A DNA stretch of 64,000 nt from Pocillopora verrucosa (taxonomy: Eukaryota): assembly GCF_036669915.1 (NCBI RefSeq), contig NC_089320.1, positions 15,851,874-15,915,873 of the forward strand. The letters are read 5' to 3'. Within the stretch, counting starts at the first letter, position 1, and each line of letters opens with the position of its first letter. Shown here one piece after another: positions 11,663 through 24,770 of this stretch. Both the position numbers and the translations under genes were made by a program. The notes under the pieces were generated by a model, which saw nothing but the letters and a program-made list of their open reading frames with translations, searched no databases and was not told where the DNA came from.

Positions 11663-12059
11663 AACTGCAGAAGAAAAGAGAGAGATGGTTAAGTGTATCA
11701 AAGAGGCAATAAAGCGGAGCATCAAGGCTGGTTATAATTTAGCAAACGCCATTGCGCCAAGATCGCCAAGCTTCCGACGTAACAACGCAGACGACAAGCT
11801 CAATGCATCGGATCCAGGCCCCTTCTTACGTCTCACCAGTGATCAATCGTCGCTTTTCCGCCGATCGTTCAGTCACAATCCCGAAGGTTTTCGAAATCGG
11901 AGAACATCGCTCGAGAGCGACGCGACCCATAGTTCGGATGGTTCCGGAGAAACCGAGTCCATCAGCAGTGCTACCACTCGAGATAGAAAGTACAGTTTGA
12001 AGAAAAAGAACAAAGTGGTATCTCCTTTGGGGTTAGAAGATGTTCAGATTAACTTATAA
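11663..12059 (+). CDS. TIAM-like terminal exon: PH C-terminal helix (TAEEKREMVKCIKEAIKRS) + Ser-rich tail, stop TAA 12057-12059
   Basis: ttttgcAG acceptor; long open frame to TAA; no convincing downstream exon. Confidence 0.6.
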
Positions 12060-12782
12060 AAGTTTAAATGGATGTCGCAATTTATTGCACCAAGTTCATA
12101 CTAAAGATCTAGAGTTTTATTTTTCTATAGTGATTTTACTGTAAAAAGGAAAGAGTATCGTTGTAAAAAATACTTCGTTATTTATGCAACTATCGTTGTC
12201 GTTGACTTCGATTTTTTACTTTCATGTTTCAAAGTTTGACTAACTTTTTAGTGTGATTCTTTAGTTTGTGTTTTTTTGAATCTGCATGAAAAAAATCGCA
12301 CTTGAGTTATTCCTAGATGACAGGTTACAGTCAGTACTTGTAGCTTTAATTACTTTGTGCAGAGGGTCTATGTATTCAGGCAAGAGAGCGATGGTAAATA
12401 ATGTTCTTTCTCACCCTGGGCTGCTATCACATTACACGAGAAATCCTGCGTTCTTTTTCTTGTCCCTAATAAGTTATTTATGGGCGGTCTGAAAAGGGTA
12501 CATGTAAAGAAGAAATTTCTACATAATCATAACCGTGGTAATTTGAACTTTGCGTGTTAAGTCATGGCGATTGATCAGACAATTTAATTCTTAAGCAGCT
12601 CTTAAGCCTTACAATTATGTAGTCGTTGGCTGTGGAGATAAAGAATACTTACCCAAATCGTTGTAAAATACTGAATTTCCAAATGTGAAAAATTGAATAC
12701 ATGGTGATTGAATTCACTGTTGTATTTCTCCTATCATATCTGTGACTTGGTGAGGTATACTTACTGAAATGTTCATCACAAA

Positions 12783-12850
12783 AACATGCCCGCTCTTACT
12801 TTTTGTTTGTTTTTCTGTTTGTTTTTCTGTTTGTTTTTTGCCTGACCATG
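12783..12850. repeat. Short tandem repeat (TTTTCTGTTTG)n
   Basis: ttttgtttgtttttctgtttgtttttctgtttgttttttg. Confidence 0.7.
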
Positions 12851-14764
12851 TATCAGCTTCAAAGGCTTGTTACATAGTCTTCCTTTATGTTTCTGCTCCG
12901 CATAGTACCAAACCAAAACGTCAGCAAGGCGCAAGGTCTTTCCAAAAGTTGCGTTTGCCATGGAAACCTCCTAAGTAGAAGATGCAGATGTAGACGCTAT
13001 TTAGTGCTTCTCTTTCTCGTTCAAAATTTCTTCTTTATGTACCACCATGCTTAAGTCCTCAGTGGCAAATCGTTTCTCATGGATCTTGTGTTTGCAAACT
13101 CTTTCGGTGTGTTCAAACTTATTTTGGTAGATTTGTGGGGTGTCTGTAGGGATGATACATCAAAATCTGTAACTCAATAAATTATTTGTTCATATTTAAA
13201 CTGAATCTGCTGTTGTATTTTTAACGGGATGCTCGAGAAAAATGCCGGTGGTCATGGCCGGTGTTAGCCATGCGCCCAATCGGTTGAGAGGGTGACACGA
13301 GTTTGAAGAGTTTTCGAGACCAACGAGGAGCTCTGAAAAACCGAAAGCATTCCATTCCTTGACCACTGCCGCACCTAACTAACAATTGTGCAAGGGAGAA
13401 GCTTTATGCGTGTACCTCGTCAAGGTCAATATATATGCTGATGACTTATTGTCTGTCCTCCTATAGATCACAAGTAAGAACCACACAGCGCGTACGTAAT
13501 TCAGCTAACTACATTCAATCAAAGTGAACAAATCTCGCTGTTGTTTTCATCGCTGTGCTGACCGCCTCTTATTCGATGTGCACAGAAGCTTGTGAGGCAC
13601 TTTAGATAGCTTGGGGTAGCTATGTATTATCATTTTGGTTATACGATCGGTCTTGGATAGAGGAGGACCCGACTAACACTCGATGGCTTCAACTTAGGTC
13701 TAGTAACGTTCACCTTCTTCATCACGCAATGGCTTTAGCCTAAGTCACGCATAACTCTGTCGTCACGAAACACCTTTACACGATCAACCCGAGAGTCTTT
13801 CAGCTAGTAGAGCGCAGATCATTATGCCAGCCTTCCCTGCAATATTAAAAATCAATCCTTGCGCATTCATTGACAACTCAATTTCCCAAGGAACAGTCCA
13901 TCTATTTGTTTGATTCATTTATTATTGTTTGATGCTTAGCTGCATGATCGCAAAAAATTTAATCAAATAAATTACCGGTAATGATCACAAACAGATCACA
14001 TTCTATATACCATTGGTATACATTTTTACCAGGTATCAGAAAGGATAACAGGCTTATTTTAAGAAAAATTTCAGAAGCACTCAAAATCTGAGATGCAAAA
14101 ATATGGCAAAACGTCTTGAACCATCCAACCTAGACTATTCTTCAGTGAAAGACAACTAGGAATCCAAGAAAAATTACTTAACTTACTGCAATACTTCTGA
14201 TGTCTTTCAATTAGCAGCCACTTATCAAAAAAGTCACTCACAGTCTTGGATCATTACCATAACTATCATAACCATAATTATCAGCAGCTGCTTGATAACA
14301 ATAATTAGCTACTCATTTTGGCTTGAGGTTTAAAGAAGTAAACTGAACCCATTAAGGAGTTGCAAAAAAACTGCAAAAGATGCAAGTTAAATGACCCACA
14401 AGACTTTTTGTGCTTACTGTTTTTAAATAAGTTATCTCTTTTCAACTAATCAACATGATTGACTGAAGTCTCTATAAATACGGTAATAAAATTTTTAAAC
14501 TAATTTATTTTCTTGTTCATCACCTTCACCTTGTGCTCAAGTCAGAACTTTTCACAAATGAAAAGATGTATCTCTACCAATACGGCATTACTTGTCAGTA
14601 TGTTTTCTGAACTGAAATAAAGTTAATACTACACCTTAGTTTGCATGTTTCAGGTGAAAGAGAATGGTCACTTAGATCACAATGATAAAAACAAAGAAGC
14701 TGCATAAGAAGCTGTATAAGTATACTTAATATATTTTAAAATATAAACCCCTCCTTTATATTCT

Positions 14765-15103
14765 TTACAATTTTCTTTCTGGTCTTCTTGTTTGCACAAC
14801 TTCCCTTGGCAATGCTTTCAATGGGTGGAACTTGCTTCCTTCATCATTCATACCATCTTGGACATCTCCTTCATCACACAGGTGTACCACAATGCTGGGT
14901 GCATCTTCAACAGACTTGTGTAGCTGGCAAGGTTGTGAAGTGTCTAAAGTGGCTACGGCAGCCAGCAGATCATAGTTGATCACTGGGTGAGACTCGAGAG
15001 TCTGTTCCCAGCCAACTGGAGGTGATGCAGGAGGGGAAATCAGGAACTGCTTTGTTTGAGGTGGAGGTTTAAGATTAGAGTTGTTGTTAAGGGAGGACTG
15101 TCT
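14765..15103 (-). CDS. RCAN: RCAN/calcipressin terminal exon with the FLISPPASPPVGW signature and a C-terminal PxIxIT-like 'REVVQTRRPE' motif; stop at 14765-14767
   Basis: ttattttgcAG acceptor; the invariant calcipressin SP-repeat motif 'KQFLISPPASPPVGW' is read directly from the sequence. Confidence 0.85.
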   Translation of the reverse strand, partial: RQSSLNNNSNLKPPPQTKQFLISPPASPPVGWEQTLESHPVINYDLLAAVATLDTSQPCQLHKSVEDAPSIVVHLCDEGDVQDGMNDEGSKFHPLKALPREVVQTRRPERKL

Positions 15104-15722
15104 CTGCAAAATAATACACAATATCTAAATGATCAAAACTATCTGATGAATCAACTTCACAAAAGTGTGTTAGAAAATGATTTTAATGCTGGATTAGTTT
15201 GTTATACTTTCTTTTCTTGTTATCAAGGCCATAGAAAATGAAATTCTCTTGTGAAAGAAGTCATTCATACCACTAATCCTTCCCACACCATCTTCTATCA
15301 AAAATGCTTATGTGATTATTGCAATTTAATCAGCACAGGTCTATACTTGTGAATCGATCTCCCTCCATCCCAAGGAGGAAATTGGAGAAGTAAAAACGTA
15401 TTCAGAGTCTACTGTAGGGTGTTAACAAATCATAGGTTGATTCAGTCTATGAACCATATTCTTCCTAGTGGATGAACAAAAATTAAGATCTGATCCTCAA
15501 AGATGAATGAGTTGATGACACTGCTGTAAAAGAAGCCTGAATTCAAACCAATGCCTCCCAAATACCAATTGATCACTACTACCAAAGGAGCTTTGAGGTC
15601 ACACATCTGCAATATCTTCTGGAAAGATCATCTGTGGGGATCAGTATTTTATTTCCAATTGTTCATAAAATATGGTAAGGAAGGGCTGCATGTCCATCAC
15701 TCTTTGATGTGTAAATAGTCAC

Positions 15723-15902
15723 CTGAACAAGGAAGATGCCGAGTTCATAGCCCAGAAAATACTGCCCATGCAGGTATTTCTTAGCTTCTTTTGCGTACTC
15801 TTCATTGGCAAATGTAACCCTTGCTCTATGAAAAGTCTTTAAGTAGATGAAGCTTCTGTCACTTTCACTTCCATAAGGTGAGAACAACTTTTCAAACACT
15901 TC
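15723..15902 (-). CDS. RCAN: RCAN/calcipressin core exon (EVFEKLFSPYGSESDRSFIYLKTFHRARVTFANEEYAKEAKKYLHGQYFLGYELGIFLVQ)
   Basis: ctttgcAG acceptor, CAG|GTGACT donor on minus strand; strong resemblance to the calcipressin RRM-like domain (FESLFR..FKSFRRVRINF...LH...FLG..LKLYFAQ). Confidence 0.8.
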
Positions 15903-16472
15903 CTGCAAAGAAGAAATGTCAAGTGCTAATTCTAATAGGCACTAAATAGGACCTGTCAAATTTGTAGAGTAATAATTACATCACGAAAAAGTAATGAAAG
16001 ACTATTTACACACAGAAAAGTGAATTTGACATTGCTTTCTAAAGAGAAACCCTGTTGAGCAAAAAATGCATAACAATACCAGATTTTACACAGGGCAAAC
16101 TCCACTTTCAGCTAAGCTCAGGCATAAATCAACATAAGAAGTTGTTGTATTTGAGTTAGAAATACTGGTATATGGATGTTTCTATAACTTCAATGTAAAG
16201 AGAAAAAGATTACAGTGGCTTGCTGTTTCCTTGAAGGCACCAGATGAACAAGCCATCTGAGCCGCAAACATTTAGAAAAAAATTTTTCACAGGTACATTT
16301 GCTGACAATTCACCAATTTAATGACTTGAATGATGGTATGACTGTGGGCTTAAATTTAATTAAGACATAGAAATTTGCATACAGTACTCTAAATACTTGC
16401 TCATTTTCTCTGATGAAAAGTTGTTGGTGTGGTTAAACACAAAGTATATCATATAATACTCCATGTTTTTAC

Positions 16473-16545
16473 CTCTAATAACATTCTCTTTTTCTTTTTC
16501 AGATTTTACAAGTCTACATTGACAAAGCCGACTTTCTAAAGGCAT
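16473..16545 (-). CDS. Possible alternative RCAN first exon (MPLESRLCQCRLVKSEKEKENVIR), speculative
   Basis: ATG-initiated short ORF ending at an AGAG|GTAAAA donor; would need a NAGNAG-shifted acceptor at 15899 to stay in frame. Confidence 0.2.
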
Positions 16546-17723
16546 TGCGCATTAAGCCTTGAAAAATGGTTTGAATGACATAGATCTATTAAGTAAAAGG
16601 CCTTGAAAGCAGCTGTTTTCTGCCAGTAACTGGGGTGCAAATAAGAAATATTAGGAAGCCAGGATAACCTGGACCTCAAGTCATTTCATTATTAGATTAC
16701 TAAGCCAAGACTGAGAACTATTTGCTTAAAATGTCCCAAGCATTCCAAAAAGTTTGTACCAACCTTAATGCAAATTCTAAAAGTGGAATCCATTCACACA
16801 TCTAATTCCCCTTAAAACTGGGAAATGGCTGCTACACAAATTTATTTGATTGTATTTCAATACTTGTACCATTTGTGATCAGAAATTATGGTACAAGGAG
16901 GTGAAAGTAGGTGGTTGAAGAAGACAGACTCACAGAGGGTTTTAGTCATCTACATAATGACTCTTAATGACAGTTCTGGAAACCCCTGTTATGATGAGGA
17001 TTTGGGGTCTTTCCCAAGGTCACAACTCCAAAAAAAATTCCTCTAATCTCATGTAGATTATTATATTCATTTGTTACTCAGAGTTAGAGAGGCGTGATGT
17101 ACACCCTGCTCTGTCCCCCCTAATTTCTATGCTTGTAAGTAACCAACCTGTCCCTTTTCCTCATGCAAAGCATGACTTGCTGGAACAGAACTTAACATGA
17201 AGAATTTTCTGATCAAATTTGTTTTCTTGAAAGTGACAGTCACTAATTATCTCATGTCCGTTCATCATCATTAATATTAGTCTCAATTTTTTCTTAACTC
17301 TCCAAAATTTTTGAACTCTGGTGAACTCGAACGATGGATTTTACGTAATTCTCTTTAACAATCGAAACCCGAATCGGTTCATTAACAAACGAAATCTTTC
17401 TAGTTTTCATAAGCTTATTAATAGACAATGCAAAACATTCCCCACCTCAACTAAAAAAATCGACCAAGCTTACAATCATTTTTTGCGATCTAAATATGTT
17501 TTTGTATGCTTTAGGATTCCCAACCAAACAGGGCTGAAAAAGCAGCTAATTTAGAGAGAAGTCAGCTTGATGACAACTATTCTCTTGAATACCACAGTTG
17601 TTTTGGTCCCAAGAACATTGTATTTCGACGAAATGGACCAGTTTTAAAACAAAACGCTAAGATAGCGAGCTCTAATAATCCACAGCTAAACACAGAGCTT
17701 ACGATATCTCTCTTTTAACATAC

Positions 17724-17861
17724 CTTTGTTTCTTGATCCTCAAAAACATCGTTCGGTAGATTAGTTACAGAAATACTCCATGTTTGTTGCTCTTCGCCGT
17801 ACTCGCCGTCAGTGATGTCCATTGGACTCGATATCTCGACGCTTTCAACGTGCGGCTTCAT
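17724..17861 (-). CDS. RCAN: RCAN/calcipressin exon 1 (MKPHVESVEISSPMDITDGEYGEEQQTWSISVTNLPNDVFEDQETK)
   Basis: ATG at 17861-17859 (minus); AAG|GTATGT donor; matches the RCAN RRM-like start ('ITNLP..VF'); phase 0 into next exon. Confidence 0.65.
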
Positions 17862-20800
17862 TATGAAGAAAGGAAAATCACTTTGGGTAATGACGAAGTG
17901 TTAAGTCATACGCAGTATGAGCTAATTTACCAAGTTTTCAATGTAAAATGAAGTTGACAGGGGTTTTCTACGTCATATATAGCTGCCGTTTACAGGTACG
18001 TCTAAAGAAACTATGCACGCAAGGCCCACTGGGATTGTAAAGTGTTTTATCGCGATTTTACAGGAAACGCGAAGTAAAGTAGTTAGCATTTGACGTCATG
18101 GTACAAACAAATCGTAATTAATTACTAAATTTCATGATTTGAAATCCAAAGTAAACTTGTTACGAAATAAAAAATAACCTGATTATCGAGTAGAAGTTAC
18201 CCTTCAGACGTAAACCTATATTCCTTAATTTCGCAAATTTGAAGAAGCTGGTCTCTCTACTAAATAAGGCGAAAAACTTGAGATTGCGAAATTTATATTC
18301 CCTCAGTCGACAGCCATGTCATCCTTATTATGAAATATATGCACCCACCTTTTATTTTTTAATTCAAGGATTGGTTTTGCATTTTATAGCTAAATGGAAA
18401 ATATTGTTGTTTTTGTTTGGGTTGTCGCAATCGTAACGAAAACTGAGACAATCTGGATGATCTACGGTATCATATAGAAACCAGGCTAAATATTTAACAA
18501 CGAGAAATCCAGAGGTGTAAAAATAAGCACATTAACGACAGGGTTACAAAATCGCAAACTACGTTCCGGTCCTCGTCAGCTTCTCAGTGCCGTGAACGTC
18601 GAGGGAGCTATGCAATGTTCGTTCAAAACTTGACGTTGATAATACGGAGGACTTAAAATAATCGCATAAACCAAAGGAAATAAGGACTGCTGAAGGACCA
18701 GGAATGTCAATGAAAGATTGCAAATAACGGACGTGAAAGCCTCAGGCTGCGTGTTCTTCATGATGGTCAGAAGCGTGACGCAACTAATGAACATAAATAG
18801 CACCTATCCAAATTCGGGTCATGACAACGTGGATTTACGCAAAGATTTCTTATGATTACTGGTCACCTGGATCAGGACAAGCTTGCCAGAGGATTCCTGA
18901 TTACTTCAGCTCTCATTGGAGCCGGATTTGACAGCGTGAAACGAAAGATCTTATCTTTAAGTGAGTATTTTTAGCTGGATCATGTTAGGGGTTTTTGTCT
19001 CTCCTCCTCTCTAATCTCTCGCCCAGTTACACACTCCCACACTTGCCAAAAAGCATTGAAATACCAAAATGTAACATGGAGACAAAAACGCAGCAAGAGT
19101 TAACCTTGCTATCGCCTTTGGTAATAAATGAGCTTGTTCCCATACCTCAGCGCGAGAGTCTAGAAGCTTTGTACCTTTTAATCACTGATTTGATTCACGT
19201 CTCTAATTCTGGTCGGTAGGTTCAGATGAATTCAGTGCAGGCATAGTTTTGGGCATTATTTTACGGTCAGAGCTGCGGGCACAATGTCGGCATGACTGAA
19301 CTTTTTTTGAAAATCCACTTGATGTTACAGTTCAACAGGAGATAAATTCTGTAGCCTGAGTAATGTCAACAATTAGCCTGCTTTTATCGTTTGCCAACAA
19401 GCAATTTGATTTAGTAAATTGTTTTTCTTAGCAATGTTTACCTTTTGGTGGTAGGAGTAAGTAAGGGGCGGGGGAGACTGGGAAGAGAGCTTTTATTTTG
19501 AAGTTGTAAATCGAGGTTTATGAAAAATTTACAGCATAATTTTCGGTATAACGCCGTTTTAAGAGGTGACGCTCATAAGCATAATGTTAAAATTTTCGAG
19601 CATATTTAACCTGACCCTACTGGTCTGTGCTTATTGATGGCTGGGAGAATATCATTCCTTCGTTGGATTGAATCACTCGTGGATAAATAAGTCTCGATTT
19701 TTTCCTCTTTATCAAGGTCGTAAGCATCAGACAACAATTAGAAATGAGCAATTAAGACATTTATTTCATTTTGCCGTGTAAATTGAAAAGATTGAAATTG
19801 TGAATTTGAATACATTACTCGTCTTGACAACAAGTTCATCGCTAAAAATAAACCTCCCTTGTGGTGTACATCTCACTTTACATAGCTCTGTTAAATTCCT
19901 CGCTATAGCCTACCTTCAAGAATCAAACAAACACTCAAAAGTTAGGTAGGATTCATCTTCCTTTTCCAAGCGGCTCAAGACATTTTTAGTTAATCAAGTA
20001 GGCTGAAGCACTAAATGTGTAACAGGTTATGTTGCGTGACAGGATACGAAGAAAAAACCTTCCGATTCACGTCATTATGCCATGCGAACATGGAAAATGA
20101 TTGTGGACACTTTCTGGTTGACTGATAAGTTACTGTCGGCTTAACAACTGATAATTTTTATGAGTACTATTACGCCAACAGGTAGCCCTAAATAATTTTT
20201 AAAAACCTAGTCCATGCTTTATGAATTATCAAATTTACAATAAACTTATTTGTACATTAAATTCTGAGCTATTTCAAAACTATGATGATGGCCGTTGACA
20301 CTTCCACTCATTATATCTATCGCGGTAAGTTCATCTACTCTTACTGACGTCAGAAACGTTCTCCTCGACTAGATTTGCCAGCCAGTGAAATATTGACCGA
20401 CAAGTAAGAAATAAAAAACTCGTATGGCTCTGCCATACAGTTACAAATATTTTACTATAAAATCTAATACCAGCATATTTACATGGTTAAAGCACTTCAT
20501 ATCAATTTACTAAAACACTACACTTACAACTAACACAAATAAAAAATGTATACTTCGCTATTATTACTGGTAGAGCTTAAAAAACCCTAACTCTGTACCA
20601 ATACTTCTGCAAAGTAAGTAGTTGCGCAAGCTTTTACACACTTGTAGAGAGGTTGTTTAAAAAAAGGAATGAAACACCTCTGGATCTGTAAAAATACTCG
20701 CATGCAAAGTTCTCTGAAGTTACAGCCCGGTTTTAAACGCAGGCGCGTATCGTACAATTTTTTACCAAAACGTAAAAAAAAGGTCTCAAAGAAATAGTGA

Positions 20801-21308
20801 TAAGTTTTAAGAACACTAAAAGTGTTGTACTTCCCACGCATGCAATGTACGAAATTAAATACCATGCGAAGTTGACGAACGAGCTGATAATGCTTGCTCA
20901 CTAACGCATGCATAACTGTACAGCGGTACATAGCATCATGAATATTACAAAGTCTAAAAGATTTACCGTAATTTGACCTTAAATCTCGGCTAGATCCAAG
21001 ATTTGCGTGCTTTTTCTGAGAGATTAATTCAAATATCAATTTATTTAAGTTATCACAAAGGAACAATGACTAATTCAACTTCATTCCCAGACTCTCTGTT
21101 CGTTCCGCCCCAAAAGCGACAAGTGCGATAGTAGAGACCCTAGAAACGAAGTTGTTGAAGAGAATCATATTCCAATAGGGATAAAACACCGCTTTTACCT
21201 GGTTTTACGTAGTCCCTGTACAACTCACTTTCAGTGATACATAAAAATGCAGTAACTCGACTGAACTATCAGAATAAAAAATAGAAACTATTCGCTTAAA
21301 AACTTTGC

Positions 21309-22126
21309 TTACGCCTCCGTGTCTCCAAAGTTTACTTTCTCATACACGTCGTCCTCTTGAACCACTATCTCCTCCGCTGGAGTATCGTAGGATCTTTGTT
21401 GAGTTCTTGGCGGCAAACACGGACGGCTGTCTTGCAATGCAGGAATAGTCGCGTATGTTGGATCCTCGTTGAAATTGTCTTGATCCCTTATCGGATTATC
21501 ACTATAAAACGGGTTTTCAAAAGACGGTGGTACCTCGTTCTTTTTAAGCACGGCACTTTCTTCATCAGTTGCTTCTTTCTCGTCAGTTCTTTGACGTCTA
21601 AGCTTCTTTGTCTGAGATGCGTTCGATGCTCGCACTTTAGACCTTGCACCTTTCAAGTAAGCGTTTGCACCTTTTCCAAGCGCGCCATCGCCTTCTTGGT
21701 GATTATCTATGTCGTTCACAAAAGATTTTCGAACCGGTGGGGACTTAGCATAACACGGATTCGACGCCCCCATAGGGGAAATATCTTGAAGTTCCATGTA
21801 GGTGTTGTTAGTGTGCGACACTCGCGGCGGAGGGGACATCTCATAGCGGGGGTTCACTGAACCCTTAGGGGTTACATCTTTAGGATCCGCGTAGGTGTTC
21901 TTGGTGTGAGATACCCGCCTCGAAGGGGGCTTTTCATACTGGTGTTTTGAAGCTCCCCGAGGGTGACATCCTTAGGTTCCGCGTAAGTGTGGTCTTCTTT
22001 ATTCTTCTTTTTGGCCGCCGCTATCTCATCCTCTATGGGCATATCAACCACCTTGGTGTAAATTGGATTGGATGCCTCGGCTCCGGCAGCATTGCCAGGA
22101 CTACTGTACAGAGGATTGTTTGTCAC
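21309..22126 (-). CDS. Adhesion-receptor terminal exon: cytoplasmic tail of ~30-aa tandem repeats carrying NPxY motifs (NPLY, NPIY, NPRY, NPCY, NPFY); the reading frame breaks (-1) near 21935-21945, first in-frame stop at 21872, repeat-consistent frame continues to TAA at 21309
   Basis: ttcttcAG acceptor phase 0 after the TM exon; two overlapping ORFs (21872-22126 and 21309-21857) are offset by one nt inside a tandem repeat. Confidence 0.6.
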
Positions 22127-23379
22127 CTGAAGAAAAGCAAGGCAAGATTAAACACATAAAAATTCCAGTAGGACTTTATTGGTCTGAAATGAATGAAAAA
22201 CGTGTCAGGTACTCGCCTAGCTACGACTTTTAACCGACAACTCATGGATTTCAAACGCACAGCTCTCATCCTTAATTCAACTCAACTTGGTATGATTTAG
22301 TTCAGAAGCTTATTTTTAAGTGAGAACAACAAAACGTACGGCCGATTAAGGCGAAGGAAAGTATTCCAAAAAAAAAGGACTCTGACAACTCGAAAAAAAA
22401 CAAACAAATAAACAAGCTACAACCTGAGGAGCGGGAAAACGCTAATGACCAAGTCGTGATTGGTTCTCGTTTTGCAGCTGATTGGTTGAGACGGTAGCAC
22501 GAGTTTTCCTGACCAATCACAGAGCGAAGTAACGCAAAATCGATGCGATCCCGGATCACTTTCCACACTCAATTGAAAATGGTTCTAAACACTATCAATT
22601 GCATCACTTGAAGACAAAATACTCGAAGACTACTTAGAAATAATCGAATGACAGATTATTACGCCATGTGTTTCAGACAGTTTCATTAATCATAAATTCA
22701 TCAAAATCTAACCTGGATATCGTTACGTTTGACAGCAGAAGTGGGATCCAAGTTGTTCCGTACCGATCCATCAGGTTCTTTCCTTAACTTCTCAGCCCAT
22801 TCCTCTCTCGATGGTCCTGACGTTAGCGCATTTCTATTGTCGCCAAAAACTGGGTCGGAGAAGTCCAAGTCTTCCCTGCCTGACTGGAAACGGACGCTAT
22901 CATGCTCGTTCTGTCAAATTAAAACGAGAATACGTCCAGAAGATGTTTGTGATTGGTTGGTTACAAATTTTAAAATTTTCTGTGAAACGAAAAAGGGAAA
23001 AAGCTTGATAGCGCAGTAATGATCTGATTCATTTTGATTCTATTAAACCTAAAAATATTAAAAATCCAAACTGACAGGGAGTAAACTAGCTGGCTATATA
23101 CAAGGCGTGACCCATGACTCAAACCCTTGAGCTCAACACTGTAACCATTAAGCCACGCGACCTCATATTTCCTTGGGGGAGTGTTCTTATCTGCTATAGG
23201 TTAAATACAGTGTAACAGACAGCTAGCCAATAACAGGTTTGCACCCATTGCGATACATCGAAAAGGCAACAAGGATATCAGATGCGACAGAGCAACAAGT
23301 ACGGCGCCACTAACACTGGAAAATCTCTGCCACGGCCGGGGCTGTCAATTTTTAACGTGTAATGTAAGTCAACTGTGAC

Positions 23380-23540
23380 TCACATATTGACACTGAAACC
23401 TGTGCCCAGTAGTTCAAAGAGTGGATAACGCTATCCAACGGATAAATCACTATCCAGAGGATAACTGATAAGAAAAAGTACTGCGCTATCCATCGGATAG
23501 CGATTTATCCAGTTGAGAGCGTTATTTAACCTTTGAACAA
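23380..23540. repeat. Dispersed repeat with 'GGATAAATCGCTATCCA' inverted-repeat cores (copy 1); copy 2 at 24440-24600
   Basis: …gctatccaacggataaatcactatccagaggataa…cgctatccatcggatagcgatttatccagttgagagcgttatttaacctttgaacaaccggggccag… vs …ggataaatcgctatccagccgac…cactatccaccggaaagatatttatccagtgcatgg…ccttcgaacaactgggcccagg…. Confidence 0.55.
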
Positions 23541-23625
23541 CCGGGGCCAGATCTGATAAGGACCACATTCACGTAACAAATGAACAAAAAAGCATAAGGA
23601 CGAATCTTCCAAGTAAAAGGTTAAG

Positions 23626-24024
23626 ACCGGTTTACCTTCGCCTTCTTGTATTTTCTTCTGTAGTAGAAGACAGCACCAAAAAGGATAGCAATAAGGAGAA
23701 TTATGACCACCACAGTAATACCAGCAATTCCGCCTGACCCCAAGCTACTGGCAGATACGTCCACAGAGGGGTTTCCTATATTGGTGTTAAGACCTCCCTG
23801 GCAGGGCAGCCTGGCTAGTTGGAGTACGTCACAGCTTTCCACGCACTGCCGCACACTGTTGCTAAGTATTCTGCAAGCTTCGGAGGCCGGTAGAGGGGAA
23901 AATGCGTTCCTTGCATCTAGCGCTGCGATGATCAAAAGGCTCTGTCTTTGAGTACCTAGAGAGATTGTTCGAAGAATCTCCACGTAGAAATAATTTGAAA
24001 GCGCTCGTCGTTTTCTGTTGGTGA
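23626..24024 (-). CDS. Adhesion-receptor exon 16: extracellular stalk + transmembrane helix (IAGITVVVIILLIAILFGAVFYY) + stop-transfer RRKYKKAK
   Basis: atttcAG acceptor (phase 1); AAG|GTAAAC donor (phase 0); 23-residue hydrophobic helix followed by a basic cluster. Confidence 0.8.
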
Positions 24025-24770
24025 CTGAAATATGACACAAGTAAGGTGACTGAGTACATTGACTCCCAGATACATTTGGCTTGAGGGAGCTATGTAACGG
24101 TATTTTGAGTAATTTAGGGGATGAAAGGTCGCATAAATCACCGTTAGGCCCGACCTAGCTCAGTCAAATAAGGTCAAGTCTTGCGTGCCCAAGCACCCAT
24201 TACTCCCACAATTATCTATTACTGTTTCCATAGCTTAAAGCCACAAAGGGTATTACTTACCCCTTCCCCACCCTTACCGTAAGTAAATCCTATCAGTTTA
24301 CTGCTACAAATTTTGATTTCTAGCTGGGGAGGGTGGGGAGAGGCATTGTGTGAGTCGAGTGTTTAGTCAAAAGTCGTAACGCAGTCGGACCCGGCTGAGA
24401 TTAAACTTTTGACCGTTTGATCCCAGCGGACAACAACTCACTGATTCCAGTGGTATAAAGGATGCAAGACGCTTTCATACGGATAAATCGCTATCCAGCC
24501 GACAAGTGTTAACAAAATATGTTGCACTATCCACCGGAAAGATATTTATCCAGTGCATGGGGTTACTCGACCTTCGAACAACTGGGCCCAGGCCATTAAG
24601 TCTCCCGCAACTTCTGTTCCTAAAGTTTATGTACCTCATGCGCTACATCATAAAAAAATAGTGTTGAGTGGTCATGCAATAAGCCTGTTTTCTGCATGCC
24701 CAACCCAAATAACTGCACGACATTGATTTCCATAAAATCTTAAAGCTGACTCTAATGTGATCATTCTTAC

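Noticed and set aside
20587-21066. 159-aa minus-strand ORF downstream of the adhesion-receptor gene
   Set aside because: No recognisable motifs, AT-rich 3'-UTR-like context, no splice or start signals. It is likely chance or part of the 3' UTR.
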